64,000 bases of DNA from Zygnema circumcarinatum SAG 698-1b (taxonomy: Eukaryota; Plantae; Zygnematophyceae), in contig CM074806.1 of the NCBI GenBank assembly GCA_037447605.1, positions 1,984,001 to 2,048,000 on the forward strand, given 5' to 3'. The notes under the pieces were generated by a model that did not search any database, was not told where the DNA came from, and was given only the letters and a program-made list of their open reading frames with translations. Below are positions 23,587 to 36,488 of this stretch, one piece after another; position 1 is the first letter of the stretch; each line of letters begins with the position of its first letter. The translations under genes and the position numbers were made by a program.

Positions 23587-26500
23587 TTATTTTTTGGCTT
23601 TCTTTCTTTTCGCACCGCTTTCAAGAACAGCCATAACTGTTTCTAGAGAGCCAATGTCCCGTTTTTCAGCCACGAAAGGGGGCGATATCAGTGAGCCATT
23701 GGCATGCGCTTCCTTGGCGCCTTTCCCTTTCCCCTTTTTGTTTGTCCTGCCCGAGGCTGGCTTTGAAAACAAAGCCGCAATCTCATCTTTCCCTCCCTCT
23801 GTCGACTGCCCAACCCCTTCGACTCTCCCCACCTTTGGGGCACCTAAGCTTGAAAACATATCGGTATCGTCATCCGAGATTTCGGCTTTCCTAGGCCGGC
23901 CCAGATTTCCCTTCATCTCGCCCTTGTTGTCCTTCCCACTTTTCTGCTTGCCGCCCTTCTTCTTCCTTCCACTGCTCCCAGTAACGCCTTCATGTCTGCC
24001 TAATGTATGTTTCCCATCCAGTCCCTCTTCATCCGCTTCTTTGATCGGAGAGAGGAGATCTTTATACCTCCGAAATCCCAGCATTGCCATCAACTCCGTC
24101 AATTTTTTGTCCTCTGCGCCACGGACAGTTCCAACAACGCTTGATTTGTTGTCTTTGCCATTCTTCTTCTCTTTCTTCTTTTCCCCGTTCTCTTCTCTTA
24201 GCTGCACCTCTTCCTTCTTTGTGCTAGCAATTCGGTTCGATCTCCGCTGTAGCACCTTATTGTCTGTCTGAGCTTCCCTTTCCATTTCACCATTACCTTC
24301 TACCTTGTCCTGAATTTCCCCTTCGTCCAGCTCTCGCTTCTTCTTCTTTCGCTGCCTCTCATCACCAACCTCAACTCCAACTTGCTCCTCCTTTTCCTCT
24401 CCACCTACCTGGGTATCTTTTTTGCTCTTCTTTTGCCTCTTTCTCAGATCTCTATCCTTTTCGGCAGATTTTTCCTGCTCTCCTCCATGAGCACCAACTT
24501 CCATCTTCGACTCCCTTTTCTTTCCTCTACTCTTCTCGCTCTTTTCCTCTACCCCTCTTTGTCCTACATCATGACTCTGCTCTTCGCCGGAAATCCTGAC
24601 CTTATCTTTGTCTTCTGTCGTTCCCCCCTCCCCATTTTCAATACCTCCCTCACTTCCCTCATCTGCCTTTCTCCTCTTGCCTCTCCTAACCTTCACCGAT
24701 TCCACCTCGTTCACGGCCGGTTCCACCACTTCATCTATTCTCTCCTTTTCTGACGACTCTACCGTCTTTCGATTTTTCTCCGTTTCCAATTCTCCTTCGC
24801 TTTCTTCCTTTCCTTTCCCTGCCTTTTTGTGTGCATTCTTTTCCTCCGCAGAAATATGCTTTATCTCCTTTACAGGCTTCTCAGACGATCCAAAAATCTC
24901 AGCAAACGTTTGCAGAGTTTTCTCTTTCGTCAGCATTGACTTCTTCCAAGATTCTGGTTGTCTCGCGTACCTGTGACCCATTCAAAACCAACAAGCTAAT
25001 TCAAACATTTCGCATTTCACCTATGGTGGTATCTCAGGTTTCTCAGCACACACCAATTTACGACGTCAAAAAGAACATGACCGAAAAATGTGTCAGAAGT
25101 GATTCTAAAAGTTGGCTGTCCGAGACTTGCCGACTCGCTACCTGTCTCGGCCAGTTAGGGTTACAGCGACTCACTGCTGCACTGCCAGGTGGCGCAACAG
25201 GAAGTGTCCGTGTCGTGCATGAGAGAGCGCGGACTGTATTTCGCAAATCTCCTTCACCACCACCTGCATGCACTTTACATCCTATTTCAAGAACACGTCT
25301 TCACTGAAGAGAAAAAGCGCAAAACCCTCACGAAGGCAGTTCTTCAGCAATTTCAAGAAAAAACAAGGAAAGTTGGGAGAAAACAGAAAGAATCAATCAG
25401 AAAGAATCAGCGCATCTAACGAGAGAGAGTGGAGAGAGTTCGGCTCAAACCTCCTTGGTTGTGGCGTTAGCAACAGCGAAGCATTTCTCCACTGTGTGCG
25501 AAGCAATCGCATGCATGGCGAGGTCTGCAAACTGTCCTTTCAGCCTGCAGCTCATGAAACGAGCCCTCCAGCGAACAAATAAGTCACTACCAGAACACAT
25601 TGAATGGTACATGATACAAAAGGAAGTTTCAGATGATGGAGACTACTCGCGGCCCTAACTTGACCCATCTCAAACACGAGCGAGGATGTACAGGCAGACC
25701 CGCACCTCCCAATCATCTTCTGCTTCAGTTTGGCCGCTGCTTCGCTTTGAAGAAACGCCTCCACCACTCGGCTCCCTCCCGGGTCCATGGCTGCCGCCAC
25801 AAGCTGCTCTGCCGGCATGGCAGCCACGCCTTCAAGGAATTGAGGACAACATTCCTGAATGGAAACAAAAAAAAAAGGAAAGAAAAAAACTCGTCAATTC
25901 TAGTGTCGTAAATCAGGTCATAGAGCAGCCTCTGTGAGGTTCAGGGTGGGTTGGAGTGCGCGTAGATCAAACCATTAAAAAGCAAATCAACTATCAGCAA
26001 AACGTCAACCTGCAAACGCAGCGTGTGTATAGCTCGTCGTGCCGATCAGTGCTTGGCGATTGCTCACAAACTGGCCTTCACTCTTTCAGGAAAGCAACTG
26101 AAAAAGGGCTGAAACTGTGCAAGGGTCCCTTTCTTCTCTCGTTGCTGTGGAAGGTTCACCTTCGGATAGCGTAATACTGTCTGAAGAATGACGCATCCGA
26201 TAACCGACATTTTGCCATATGCCTGTTCCTGATGAAGGCGAAGCAGCGGCAGAATGCGATTCTCGGGTTGTGGGCCGTCGGTCATGCTCAGGGCGGCACG
26301 CATGAGTGCTTTGCAACCCTAAAAGTGCACATAGAGCCGCATGTTTTGAGAAGGTCATCAGTTCACTTGCATGGAATTGTAACCGAAAAACAGAAACAAA
26401 CTCTTCCGGCCGAAGAGTGAAACTAGATGTTGTTCCACGTGAAGTTACTGAATGCTTTTTTTAACAAGGACAAGCCTGTGTTCGGTCTCCCTTGACCTCT

Positions 26501-27583
26501 GACTAAAGAGATTCTGGCAAGGGCCCCTCCTCCTCACCTCCTTTTGAAAAGTGTGCCATCGCCCGCATGCTGTCAAAAGAGAAGCGACAACTCCGGCTCG
26601 TCGTTGACTCAACAGGTCCGCAAAGCTCGATTCGAGTTCCTCGCCAATCTCCTTAACCTATTCACCGTTGAAGGTATTCACCAACATGTGAGATTCTAAA
26701 CACTTGCATGTCTTTTTAAGGACAAAAAAATGAACGTTGCGATTTGACGAGTAATGCGGTAGATAAGTCTATTGTAAGCATTTTCAGGGTCAAGTCAAAT
26801 GACGTTGATCTCACATAGATCCACTGTACTTTCTCTATCGAATACAAAGACTGAAGGACTTTTCGTTCAAGAAAAAGGCCAATCCTGCACCAATCCAAAG
26901 AAATGACCTAACGAAACCATAATGCTGTTGAAAGGGCATCGCTGCCCCCAAGAATCTTCCAAGCAGTGAGCATTCGGCAGCGGGGCAGTGCACACCTGCG
27001 CGGGTGTGCGCACAGCTGCAATGAGTGCTTGCACAACAAAATTCGCCGCGGGATGCAGCGAGAGTTGCAGCAGGCGGCCCTTGAACACGTGCTCCAAAAG
27101 GTGGCAGTAAACGCTGGAAGGGGCTGCCCGAAGTATAGCCTGCAGAAAGCACACATGTGGAAGGCTACTACGCAGAGTGAATAGTCGCATAACCATGAAA
27201 ATACGAGGAAAATGTCATTGGCATAGACGTGGAGATAAACTAGTTGTAATAGCCTCTCCTTGCTTATGGCTCACACAACACACACAGAGGGCAAAAATCT
27301 GCTGAGTGCATAGATCTTCTAGCAACCTCTCCTATCTGTGTCAGCGCAATGCGATACTTCATGGAAGCATGAGTGCATGGTCGCATTGGCATGGAGGGCA
27401 CATGCCCACCTCGACGAGATGCGAACCCACTCTCTCCTCCATCAGCTGGAGGAGACCCTCCACTTGCAGTCCTTCCAGCATCGCTGCCGGAGCGTCTCCT
27501 TTGGTGTCTCCGCATCCGAGAAGGACTGCAATGGCCCTGCTCAGAGTGTCCTCATCGCCCTCAACAGCCTTGAGAGCAGCCTG

Positions 27584-27649
<66 letters not shown>

Positions 27650-30600
27650 AACGCACAGGGCATGAGAGGACAAATACTTGAGCAGGGTTGGACGACGCCA
27701 TCGATAACCAGCAAAAGTATAGCTCTAAGTACTGCATTTCGCTTTGCAAAGCCAAAGGTTTGCTCGGACTCGAAAATACACAAGAAGCGCATAATAGTGA
27801 CACTTGACTTCGGACAAAGTGGTATAGAGCTTGTCTTCTTCAAGAAACGAGAAGCAAAACTTACAACAAAACCTATAAACTCAACTTTGAGCTGTTAGTC
27901 AATACACTACGATCAGAATACTATCTGCTCAAACTGTCCACAAAACTCTGCTTCATTGCTGTACGTCTTTTGCGAACTCCCACCAGATGTAGAGGTATCG
28001 TGCAAAAAAAACAACTTACTTGGAAGACAGGCGCAGCCGCTGTATCCACTCGTAGTTCACCCAAGCTTGAACTGATAACTGAAAACATTCCTTTCACCAG
28101 TTGCTTTGTAGATTCAGGAAAACAATGAACTCGTTTTGTTTGTTGCATGCTCTGTTGATGACCTCCCAGGCGAGCAGCCAAGCCCATGTTTGCCCCATGG
28201 CTGGGTTTGCTGCCGGGCTCCATAACGCTTTCAGCATTCGCCCCAGTTCCAAACTGAGACCACAAACCTGCTTGAGATAGTTCCAGTTCTGCGCCGCTAA
28301 GGAGGGCAAGGAGGTTTCGAAGGACATGGGAGGCAAAACGGTTTGAAATGAGGTCGAGAGTATGCTCTCCGACCACCTGCGACAAACAGCACGAAGATAG
28401 AGCAGCCAATAAGAACTAAAAAGTGATGAAGGGTCAACCAATGCGGGTTGGATAAAGAGGCGCCTACGTAATCCTCAAAAGCACTGCGCACAGAGCAGCA
28501 GATGCCCCTACCTATCCCCCCCTTTATACCCTCCTTTATCTTCATCTATGAACCTCCTATCCTGCACCTTTTGGCTCGATGAACCAGTAGAGCTCTTAAA
28601 ACGAGAAAGCTATTCAGAAGTTGTTCCGATTGAACCGCAGACAGAAGGATCTCGTGACAAAAACGAATCCATATAGGCATTCTTACTCACTTTGCAAAGG
28701 ATTCGTCCTTGCATATCCTAGTAACCTTTCAAAACTTCATACAAAAACGAAACCTGCATATAATAAAACTAAATGACTCAAGGGGATCGCCCTTGCTGCC
28801 TGCGTCTCTCCGAGCTTGCGTCAAGATACAGACATAGTTATTCGGGATCTCCACATATCTTTGACTCGGCTACATGTCTACCCAGCTAGAAATTTACATA
28901 CATTGAACACATCTGACCTATGCCATTTACGACTCTTCAAACATAAACACGTGCAAACTGTACCATGGTCTCTTTCTTGGAGCCAAAAAAACAATGTGGA
29001 CGGAAAACAAGGTAGTCCAACCCACATGGCAAATTGTCCGCAGGCCCTTCCTGAGCTTTGTTAAGAGCCGGTTATCGATGTCAACAACCGCCAGGTCTTT
29101 TGCTATGGCCCTCATCGAAGTTTCCAGCACATGGGATCCATTCGGATTTTGGGCTAAAATCACAAAGTCATCGGCACACCCAACCAAGAAGTCGACCGCT
29201 TTTGTTGGCTCTGCCGATTGGAGAAGCACTTCGAGCACCCGGCTCAGAGAAGGGTCGCACGCCACTTGCACCTCCTTGCCGCTAGCTTCGTCCAAAGCAT
29301 TTGCACACAAGATGGCTCGTTCTGAAATTGAGAAAAGTCAAAGTACCAACCATGTTTCAGAGTTATGCACAGCGAGTGACGCTGGATGCAGGCCAGCCAG
29401 CAACGATGAGTAAACCTGCACAAAGGTTATGTGCAATACTGTGCTATAACACACAATAATGTGTGAAGTTTAGTAAAAGGGGGGTCACAGGTACCAAGTA
29501 CATTGACGTAAAGAAAGGAGAGCTGCTCATGAGAAAAATGAATAGGCAACAGTGGAATTGTAGAAATGACTTAAGTAACTCTTTGGGTAAGAAACGCAAA
29601 AATGTATGTGGGAATCTGGCTTTCTTTTACACTCGTTCCTTTTTACTGAGGTCTAGCTCATGAAACACTATAACCATAGGCAATAAAAACGTAATGCACT
29701 GTGAAAAGTTTCAATGTATGCAAAAATAACTATCATGATTAAACTGAACATTCCTAGCAGCGATTATCTGTATTTGGCAACCCCAAGTACTAAGTATGTA
29801 ATATCATCAAGCAGTATTTTCAGAGTTGCAAAACATTGTTGTGCAAGATTGAGATTTCTCTAATACACTCTACACTTTCGACATGCTCGTTGTAAATCAG
29901 GAGGATACAGAGACCCTTAATTCAGCACCACAGAAGAGCAGTGGTTGAAAGTTGAAGCAGATATGAGAGAGTGTTAAGTGAAATAGAACTAAAGTTAGAA
30001 TGGATCACTCTCATAATGTGTTAGGCGGTATTGGCATTTTGTGCGACCCCGCCACACCAATGAGGTCAAGTGCGTCATTCTCAATTATATAAAAAGACAT
30101 CCAGAATTAGTGTTAAAACTGTTTTCTAAATGTCATCTTTCAAATTGATTCATTTGAATGCACGTTGTAGCCCATAATGAGTGCCCTTCTTCGAGTTAGT
30201 GGCTTTAAAATAGGGCACGAGAAACGGTACAATGGATGCACCTAAAAAGCAAATAAGTGCCATCTTCGAGGTCCCTCTCTCGCTTGGCTTTTACTTTAAG
30301 CGGTCCACTCAGCTTTACATAAATTGGCAATGTCATTTCTTTAATTTCTCACAAAAATTCTGCTTGATTGTGGATGGGCACGAAAAGCCGTGAACTTGCC
30401 TTCAGGATCTTCAAGGGAGCCCTCGGGACCGATAAGAGCAGCAATCTCCTCGAAGTACTGCTGCGTTGCAGCGTCCACTTTTTTCCTGTACATTCCCCAT
30501 AGTCCATTAACTCAAATTTTCGACAACTAAACAACGGTTTTTCAGGGCCAGCCGCGGTTTCTTTCAGAAAATGCCTTCTAACAAACAATAGAGCATGCAC

Positions 30601-30945
30601 GCAATCAAAACAGCAAGCAAGGAAGGGAGCAGGAATTTACAACAATGTGTGCGATTGCGAGTGATCAGCGACCTCCGCCACGCCCTCATAACTCTTTCCC
30701 CCTCGTGGCCGGAGCTTCCTGCCCCCTTCGTCTCTCCCAGACGGCTTTCTCTTCCTTCCCCACCCTCCCTCCAACTCCCTCCCTCCATACTCTTCCTGAC
30801 CTCCCCCTGCTCTCCTACCGCCACCTTCCTCCCCCCCGGCACCTTCTCCATGAAAGTCTTCTATCACCCGCCCCCTCTTCAAATTCCTCCGCTTTGACTC
30901 GCCGCCCTCGCCATGGCCGCCGGGCCCCTTCTCCGCCTCCGCCAT
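23587..30945 (-). CDS. APUM23: Pumilio-repeat nucleolar protein APUM23/NOP9 with a long Lys/Glu-rich tail
   Basis: KKVDAATQQYFEEIAALI..PE|ERAILCANALDEASGKE..GSHVLET; DLISNRFASHVLRNLL; MDPGGSRVVEAFLQS..KLKQKMIG; LKGQFADLAMHAIASHTVEKCF; terminal exon 24981-23587. Confidence 0.88.
27586..27646. repeat. Compound (GT)n(GA)n microsatellite in an APUM23 intron
   Basis: Directly visible. Confidence 0.95.
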
Positions 30946-31176
30946 GTCGACCACCTCTAGTTCTCCTCTCTGACTCTCCGTTCAAAACGGCAACAAAGGA
31001 AACTGACCAGTTCTGCGGGTTCAGGCGAATCCGCATGCGCGAGTCCACCTCAGAGGATCGACATCGGGATCAACTTTTAGACCAAGGATCTACTGTATCC
31101 ACGTCCAACGAATTGAGGTCAACGCATTGATCTTTGGAAGCCTTGGATCAACCTGATCCCATTGCTCTGCAGCGCC

Positions 31177-32457
31177 ATGGCTGCAAGCAGCTCAGGCGGA
31201 AGCCATGGCGGCGGCAGTCAAACTCGGGCGAACTTTTCGCGCGATTGGTTGCAGGGCATTGTGGATTCCGCCGCTTCCAAGAAGCTCAGGTCGCTCAAGT
31301 GTTTGGAAAGTTGCAAAGGGAGCGGAGCAGAAAGTAATGGGAAGGGGGGTGGTGCGGAGCAGCAGGAGGAGGGTTTGACTGCGGAAGAGATCGTTTTAGG
31401 GCAAGTGTACAGTATTCATGCAGAAAATAATCGGTGCGTCTGCCACCTGAGAGTCAGCAAGGAGCTCCAGGTGAGAGGAGCGTCCGCTTGCTTTAGAATT
31501 GGGGTATCCCTGTATGCGTGTTGATGGTGCCAAAGGGGTTGGTTTCATTCTGCGCTTCCGGCGTTAGCTTTGTTGATTTGAAAGCTTGATGGCCTGTAAT
31601 AATTACAATTCTCTAGCAAGAACCCAGCCGTCCAAGTCACCATACGAAACACGGGACAGTCCCGACTGAACTCACATTTTAGAATATATTCTGTTTCTCA
31701 CACGTCTCCGGATTTGAGGATGCCCGTCTCCAGTTTTTGTGTCGTTTGACCTGATAAAGTATTAAATAAAAGTCCTTTGGCGCACTGGGTATCCACCCAG
31801 ATGCACATCTTGATATGGTAAGTTCTTCTGATGCTTTGCTCGTAAATGCTTTCTGACGTTTGGGTAGTTTTAACTCAACTCTTCGTCCTGCAGAACAGAT
31901 ATGGCACCCTCCATGGCGGTGTAATTGCAATGCTCGTTGATGTAGTCGGAACGGCTGCCCTTTTGACGGTGGCGGATCCACCGGGTGGAGTTTCTACTGA
32001 CATCAACATTTCATATATTTCTTCAGCTAAATCGGAAGTAAGTATTAACAGTTCGCGAGGCATCAGTTAGTTTGGCTTACTACAGTACTAGCGCTCTGTA
32101 AGACTGAAACCGTTCAAGGTTGGGGTACACAGACATTATGAGAGTCCTTGAAGAGAGTATACGGTTTTTGGGTAAACCCTGAATAGGGTTCTTAAGGGTG
32201 CTATTTGTACATTGGTCGCTGGTTCGTGTCCATCCCTGGCTCTGTCGTCAGCATGTCTCAGCGCGCAGTGGTTTGAAGAGGATCTCTCTCTGTTCGTGCA
32301 GGAAGTTGTGGAAGTGGAAGGCCTTGTGCTCCGCGTCGGTCGCACTCTTGGAGTCGTGGAGGTCAGCATACGGCGCCTCTCTACCAGCGAGCTTCTCGCG
32401 AAGGGCCGCCATACGAAGTTCCTTGCGGTCACTCCTAAGGGAGCATCGAAACTGTGA
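31177..32457 (+). CDS. Hotdog-fold acyl-CoA thioesterase (ACOT13/PaaI-like)
   Basis: Three exons: ..CVCHLRVSKELQ | NRYGTLHGGVIAMLVDVVGTAAL..GVSTDINISYISSAKSE | EVVEVEGLVLRVGRTLGVVEVSIR..AKGRHTKFLA; HGG motif present. Confidence 0.88.
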
Positions 32458-33796
32458 TGCGCTTTCGTGCTGACAGAGGCAGACTGACTTGCCTTGCATG
32501 CACAGACGGGTATCGGATTCTCACGTAGTTACATGTAAAAAATGCAATGAAATATGGGGCTGAGTTGAAACTGCAAACTCCTGTTTTTAAGAAAATGCCT
32601 CAGAAGGTCATTTTTTGTTTAGATTGGGTATTGGCTGTGATTGCTGCTCGAGGAGTTGGTGCCTCAAGGGCTGCTTCTGAGCAGCGTTACACAGCTATAG
32701 GTAAAAAAAGCGAGACTTTTTGAACGTTCGAACAAGTTTTTTTCAGGCAATTTTTTTATGAGATGCAGAGTTCGAAGTTGGTTAGGTTGAGCTTTTGCAC
32801 GTTTCATGTAGTTGTTTCAAACTATTCAAAAAAAATATTTCACGTCCGGATTCCAACGATATGGCGGCGCACGATTCAGAAAAGTGTTCCGTTCGATCTA
32901 AGCTTAGCTTGTTCAAATGTACATGTTGTTTTGACATTATGGCGATTACGAACTAGACATTGAATAGAACAAGAAAAGGATAATTATTGGTTCAATTTCA
33001 AACTACTGTAATTGAATTCGAAGCGACAGTAGATGGTCCATGATGTCGGTCTCTTGGAGCCAATCTTCCGTGTTCCCGCATGTGCTTCTTGAAGAGGCAA
33101 AGCCATGGTACTACTACCACATGGGGGAGCGGGTTGGTGACCGTTCAAACATGCGACTGCAGTTGTGTGCAGCTCCATCTTTTCCAACAACACTTTCATG
33201 ACCAATGTTGCGCCACGCTCCGAACCAACCAGCAACACGACACAAAGTCCCGGCCTTGCCTCAATTGGCCACGCGGCAGCTTCCCATAGGCGGCGCGGGC
33301 CGACATCGCCCTCAGATAACACCGCCTCCTGCCGCTTCATATTCTGTGTGCCCCCGCCGCTACCGACAACGCTCTCCGTACCGTCACGCCGCCCCGCCGG
33401 TCCTAGTGCCGTACGGCCCACGGCGGCCGCGACCGCTCCGAATCCCGCCGAGGGCGACGCTCGTCATTCGGGCAGTGAGAAACCTTTTCTGCCGACCTCG
33501 CCAATCGTCTATCCTCGTCTCACTTGTGCAGTCGTGTCGGGCAGCACGAAAAAATGCGGCCGTACGTCCACCTCGCCTTCCCGAATCCAACCGCCCGCGC
33601 CTCCGCCGAATCCCGACCGCCGCCGCGCTGCGGGAGGAGCCGCCAAAAAGGCGCCGGCGGGCGGGAGGGCGGGCAGCCCCGGGCCCTCCTTATAAAGGGC
33701 CCGCGGCGCCCCTCGTAGCTCATCGCTCCCATCTCTCCTCTCGAGCCGCAGCAGCCCTCCCTCTCTCTCTCTCCCCCGTCCTCCGAGTTATTTCCA

Positions 33797-35707
33797 ATGG
33801 CGAGAAGCATTATGGTGTCGGGAGTGACGTACGCAGTGGCGCTAGCGGCGCTGCTGTGCGTCATCGCGCCCGCGCACGTGCGGGCGTGCCCCAACTTCTC
33901 GTGCACGGGAGCCGGGTGCTCCACGCCGATTGTGGGGGCTCTGACGCAGGACGGGCCGGGGCAGTTCGCCACGCTACTGGTGAACCAGGACCAGTCGCCC
34001 GTCACGGAGTACGCCGACTGCTGCAAGGCCTGCCAGCTGTACAACTCGACCTGCTCGTATTGGACCTTCACTCTCCTCGAAGATGGCACTGGTATGCAGC
34101 AGTGGACTTATTAACCTCAATTTTTTAATGTTTGATCTTTCATGTTTTACTTATTCGTAATAACACGTATGTGTTAGGGCCTGAAATGAGGGGAAGGGCG
34201 GCTGCAGGCGTGTGCTTCCTGTACAACCCGCAAATCTGCGCTTCCGGGAACGACTTCGTTTTAGGCGCGGGTCCCCTTCCAGGATTTGAGGGTGCTAGCT
34301 TCTTGACGGGCTCCCTCTGCGCATCTCCGGGAGTGGTTGGCGACCCCCACTACACGGGAGCTGATAATTCGCACTTTGACTTCACCGGTATGCGCAATTT
34401 CCTGAACTTCAATCAATCTTGTAATCCGCTTGGAGCTGTGTAAAAAGATAAAGAGGCTTTGAATAACCCTTTTTGCGTACTGTCAAAGCTTTGAAGAGTC
34501 CCATTTTTCATGTATGCGTGCAGGCGTTCCCGACAAGGTGTACTGCATGCTGAGTGACGCCCACCTGCACATCAACGTGTTCCATGGCGGCCGCTTCGAC
34601 CAGTGGGGCGACAACCCCCACAAGCCCCTCACGTGGATCCGCCGCGTGGCCGTCTTCTGGGGCCACCACGTCATCCAGCTCGCCGCCCGCGAAGGCGCCA
34701 CGTGGCAGTACGGCAGCGGCTACATGCAGGAGATAGTCGTGGACGGCGAGCGCGTGGCCCTGGCCCGCCCCGGCGAGGAGGCGACCTTCGCGGGCGGCGC
34801 GATCGCGGTGCGGTGGGCGGCCGCGCGGGAGCGCAGCGGCGACGACGAGACGGACGTGTACGAGGTCGCGGTGCGCGGCGCGCTGCGGATGAGGGTGCGC
34901 GCCCGCCCGGAGATCGCGCTTCTGCGCACACCCGAGGACGGCCTCGTGCACTTCGGCCTCGAGCTGAGCGAGGTCGCGGTCTCGCCGCGCGTGCACGGGG
35001 TGCTGGGCCAGACCTTCCGGAAGGATCACGAGAATCGCCTGTACGTTGGGAGCTCTCTGCAAGACTTGCTGCTTGGCCTATTGCATTTGACTCGTCAATT
35101 CGTGCATCGGTCATGTATGGTTTTTTTTTGTTTGTTTTCATCCACTTCACAGTTCTGGGCTTTAGGGTGTAGGGTTTTCTCGCTCCTTCTTTCTTTGAAC
35201 TGCCTTTATTGTTTTATTTTATTAATTATTGAGCATTTGTGTATCTATGGACTTCTATCTCACATTCCATCTTCAATTCTTAGTTCAACTCTTCTGAAGA
35301 AACTACAACTATAGAAATTCCGCCACTTTCCTCTCGAAAAGAACAGAGTTTGGACGGGTTTCTCTAAAACTCCTATAAACCCTAAAGTTCCTCAGGGCTC
35401 TTGTTCCTTCTGCCTCTGAACCCCCTCCTCCCTGCCTGCCTGCCCTTGCAGGGCCCTGCAGAAGCTGCAGTACAGCGAGGAGCTGAGGGTGAACCTCGTC
35501 CCCGGCGAGAACGCGGAGGGGTTCCTGGACGGGCGGGCGGAGGACTACGAGGCCTCCAGCCTGCTCGCAACCGACTGCCGCTTCTCGCGCTTCGCACGTG
35601 CGGAGACGGTCGACCCCGAGACGGCGCAGGCCATAGAGATGAGCCACTCCAACGCAAACGCGGGCTTGCATCGCAAGTTCGGGGGGGGGCTCACAGCGGC
35701 TGCTTGA
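33797..35707 (+). CDS. Secreted PAN/apple-like + Root_cap/vWD-like (GDPH) protein, paralog A
   Basis: Exons 33797-34091, 34208-34387, 34524-35040, 35452-35707. Signal peptide; CCKACQLYNSTCSYWTF..GVCFLY; GDPHYTGADNSHFDFTG; YCMLSDAHLHIN; VHGVLGQTF; EDYEASSLLATDCRFSRF. TATA box at about 33690. Confidence 0.85.
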
Positions 35708-36110
35708 AGAGGAAGGAAGGAAGGGGCACATTTGAGAAGGGAGCAAGCAAGCAGGCTTTTATTTTTTTTATCTCTGTGAAGAAGGTTTCATAGAATCCAG
35801 GAGGTTTGAAAACATGACATTGATGATTTTTTTTTTTTGGTATGGTAGGGGCCAGCGGAAATATGAAGAACGAGGGAAGTGGAAGCTGTAAAATTTATAT
35901 TATAAGGGGAAACCCTCCTTTCTAATACATCTCTGAATTTCTGCAAATGGAATTTTTTTGTCATTTCGCCAGTCAGATCAAACTGAAGATATATATTGTT
36001 CCACTAAAGCAAAGTGGTAAAAATTACAAATCCCAAAGATAATTTTTTTGTACTATTTTCCTGCTGTATAGTGCGCCTTTCATTTCGCATCCACGTTCGC
36101 CCTCAGCTCC

Positions 36111-36457
36111 TCACATGGCAAACGCCATTTTCCGAGGAAGCGGAGCCGTATATCCACTGACAACCGTTGTCGTTGTTGCTGCCGCCGCGGCGCTCATTTC
36201 TTTGGCCTCCGCAGTCTCTCGGTCCGGCGCGCTCGCACGTGCGAAGCGCGACACGTGGCAGTCCGTGGCGAGCATGTGCGAGGCCTCGTAGTCCTCCGCC
36301 TGCCCGTCGATGAACCCCTCCGCGTTCTCGCCGGGGACCACGTCGAGCTGAAGGAGGGCGCTGGGGACCAGCTGCTGCAGGGCCCTGTTGGAGAGAGAGA
36401 GAGGGAGAGAGAGTGAGGGAGAGAGAGAGAGGGGGGGGGGGGGGGGGNNNNNNNNNN

Positions 36458-36488
<31 letters not shown>

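Noticed and set aside
23567-24976. Hydrophobic F/L/S-rich + strand ORFs (234, 123 and 122 aa)
   Set aside because: Antisense shadows of the purine-rich APUM23 terminal exon.
34603-35172. Arg/Gly-rich alternative-frame ORFs over paralog A exon 3, and similar ones over B and C
   Set aside because: Expected in very GC-rich coding DNA with few stops.
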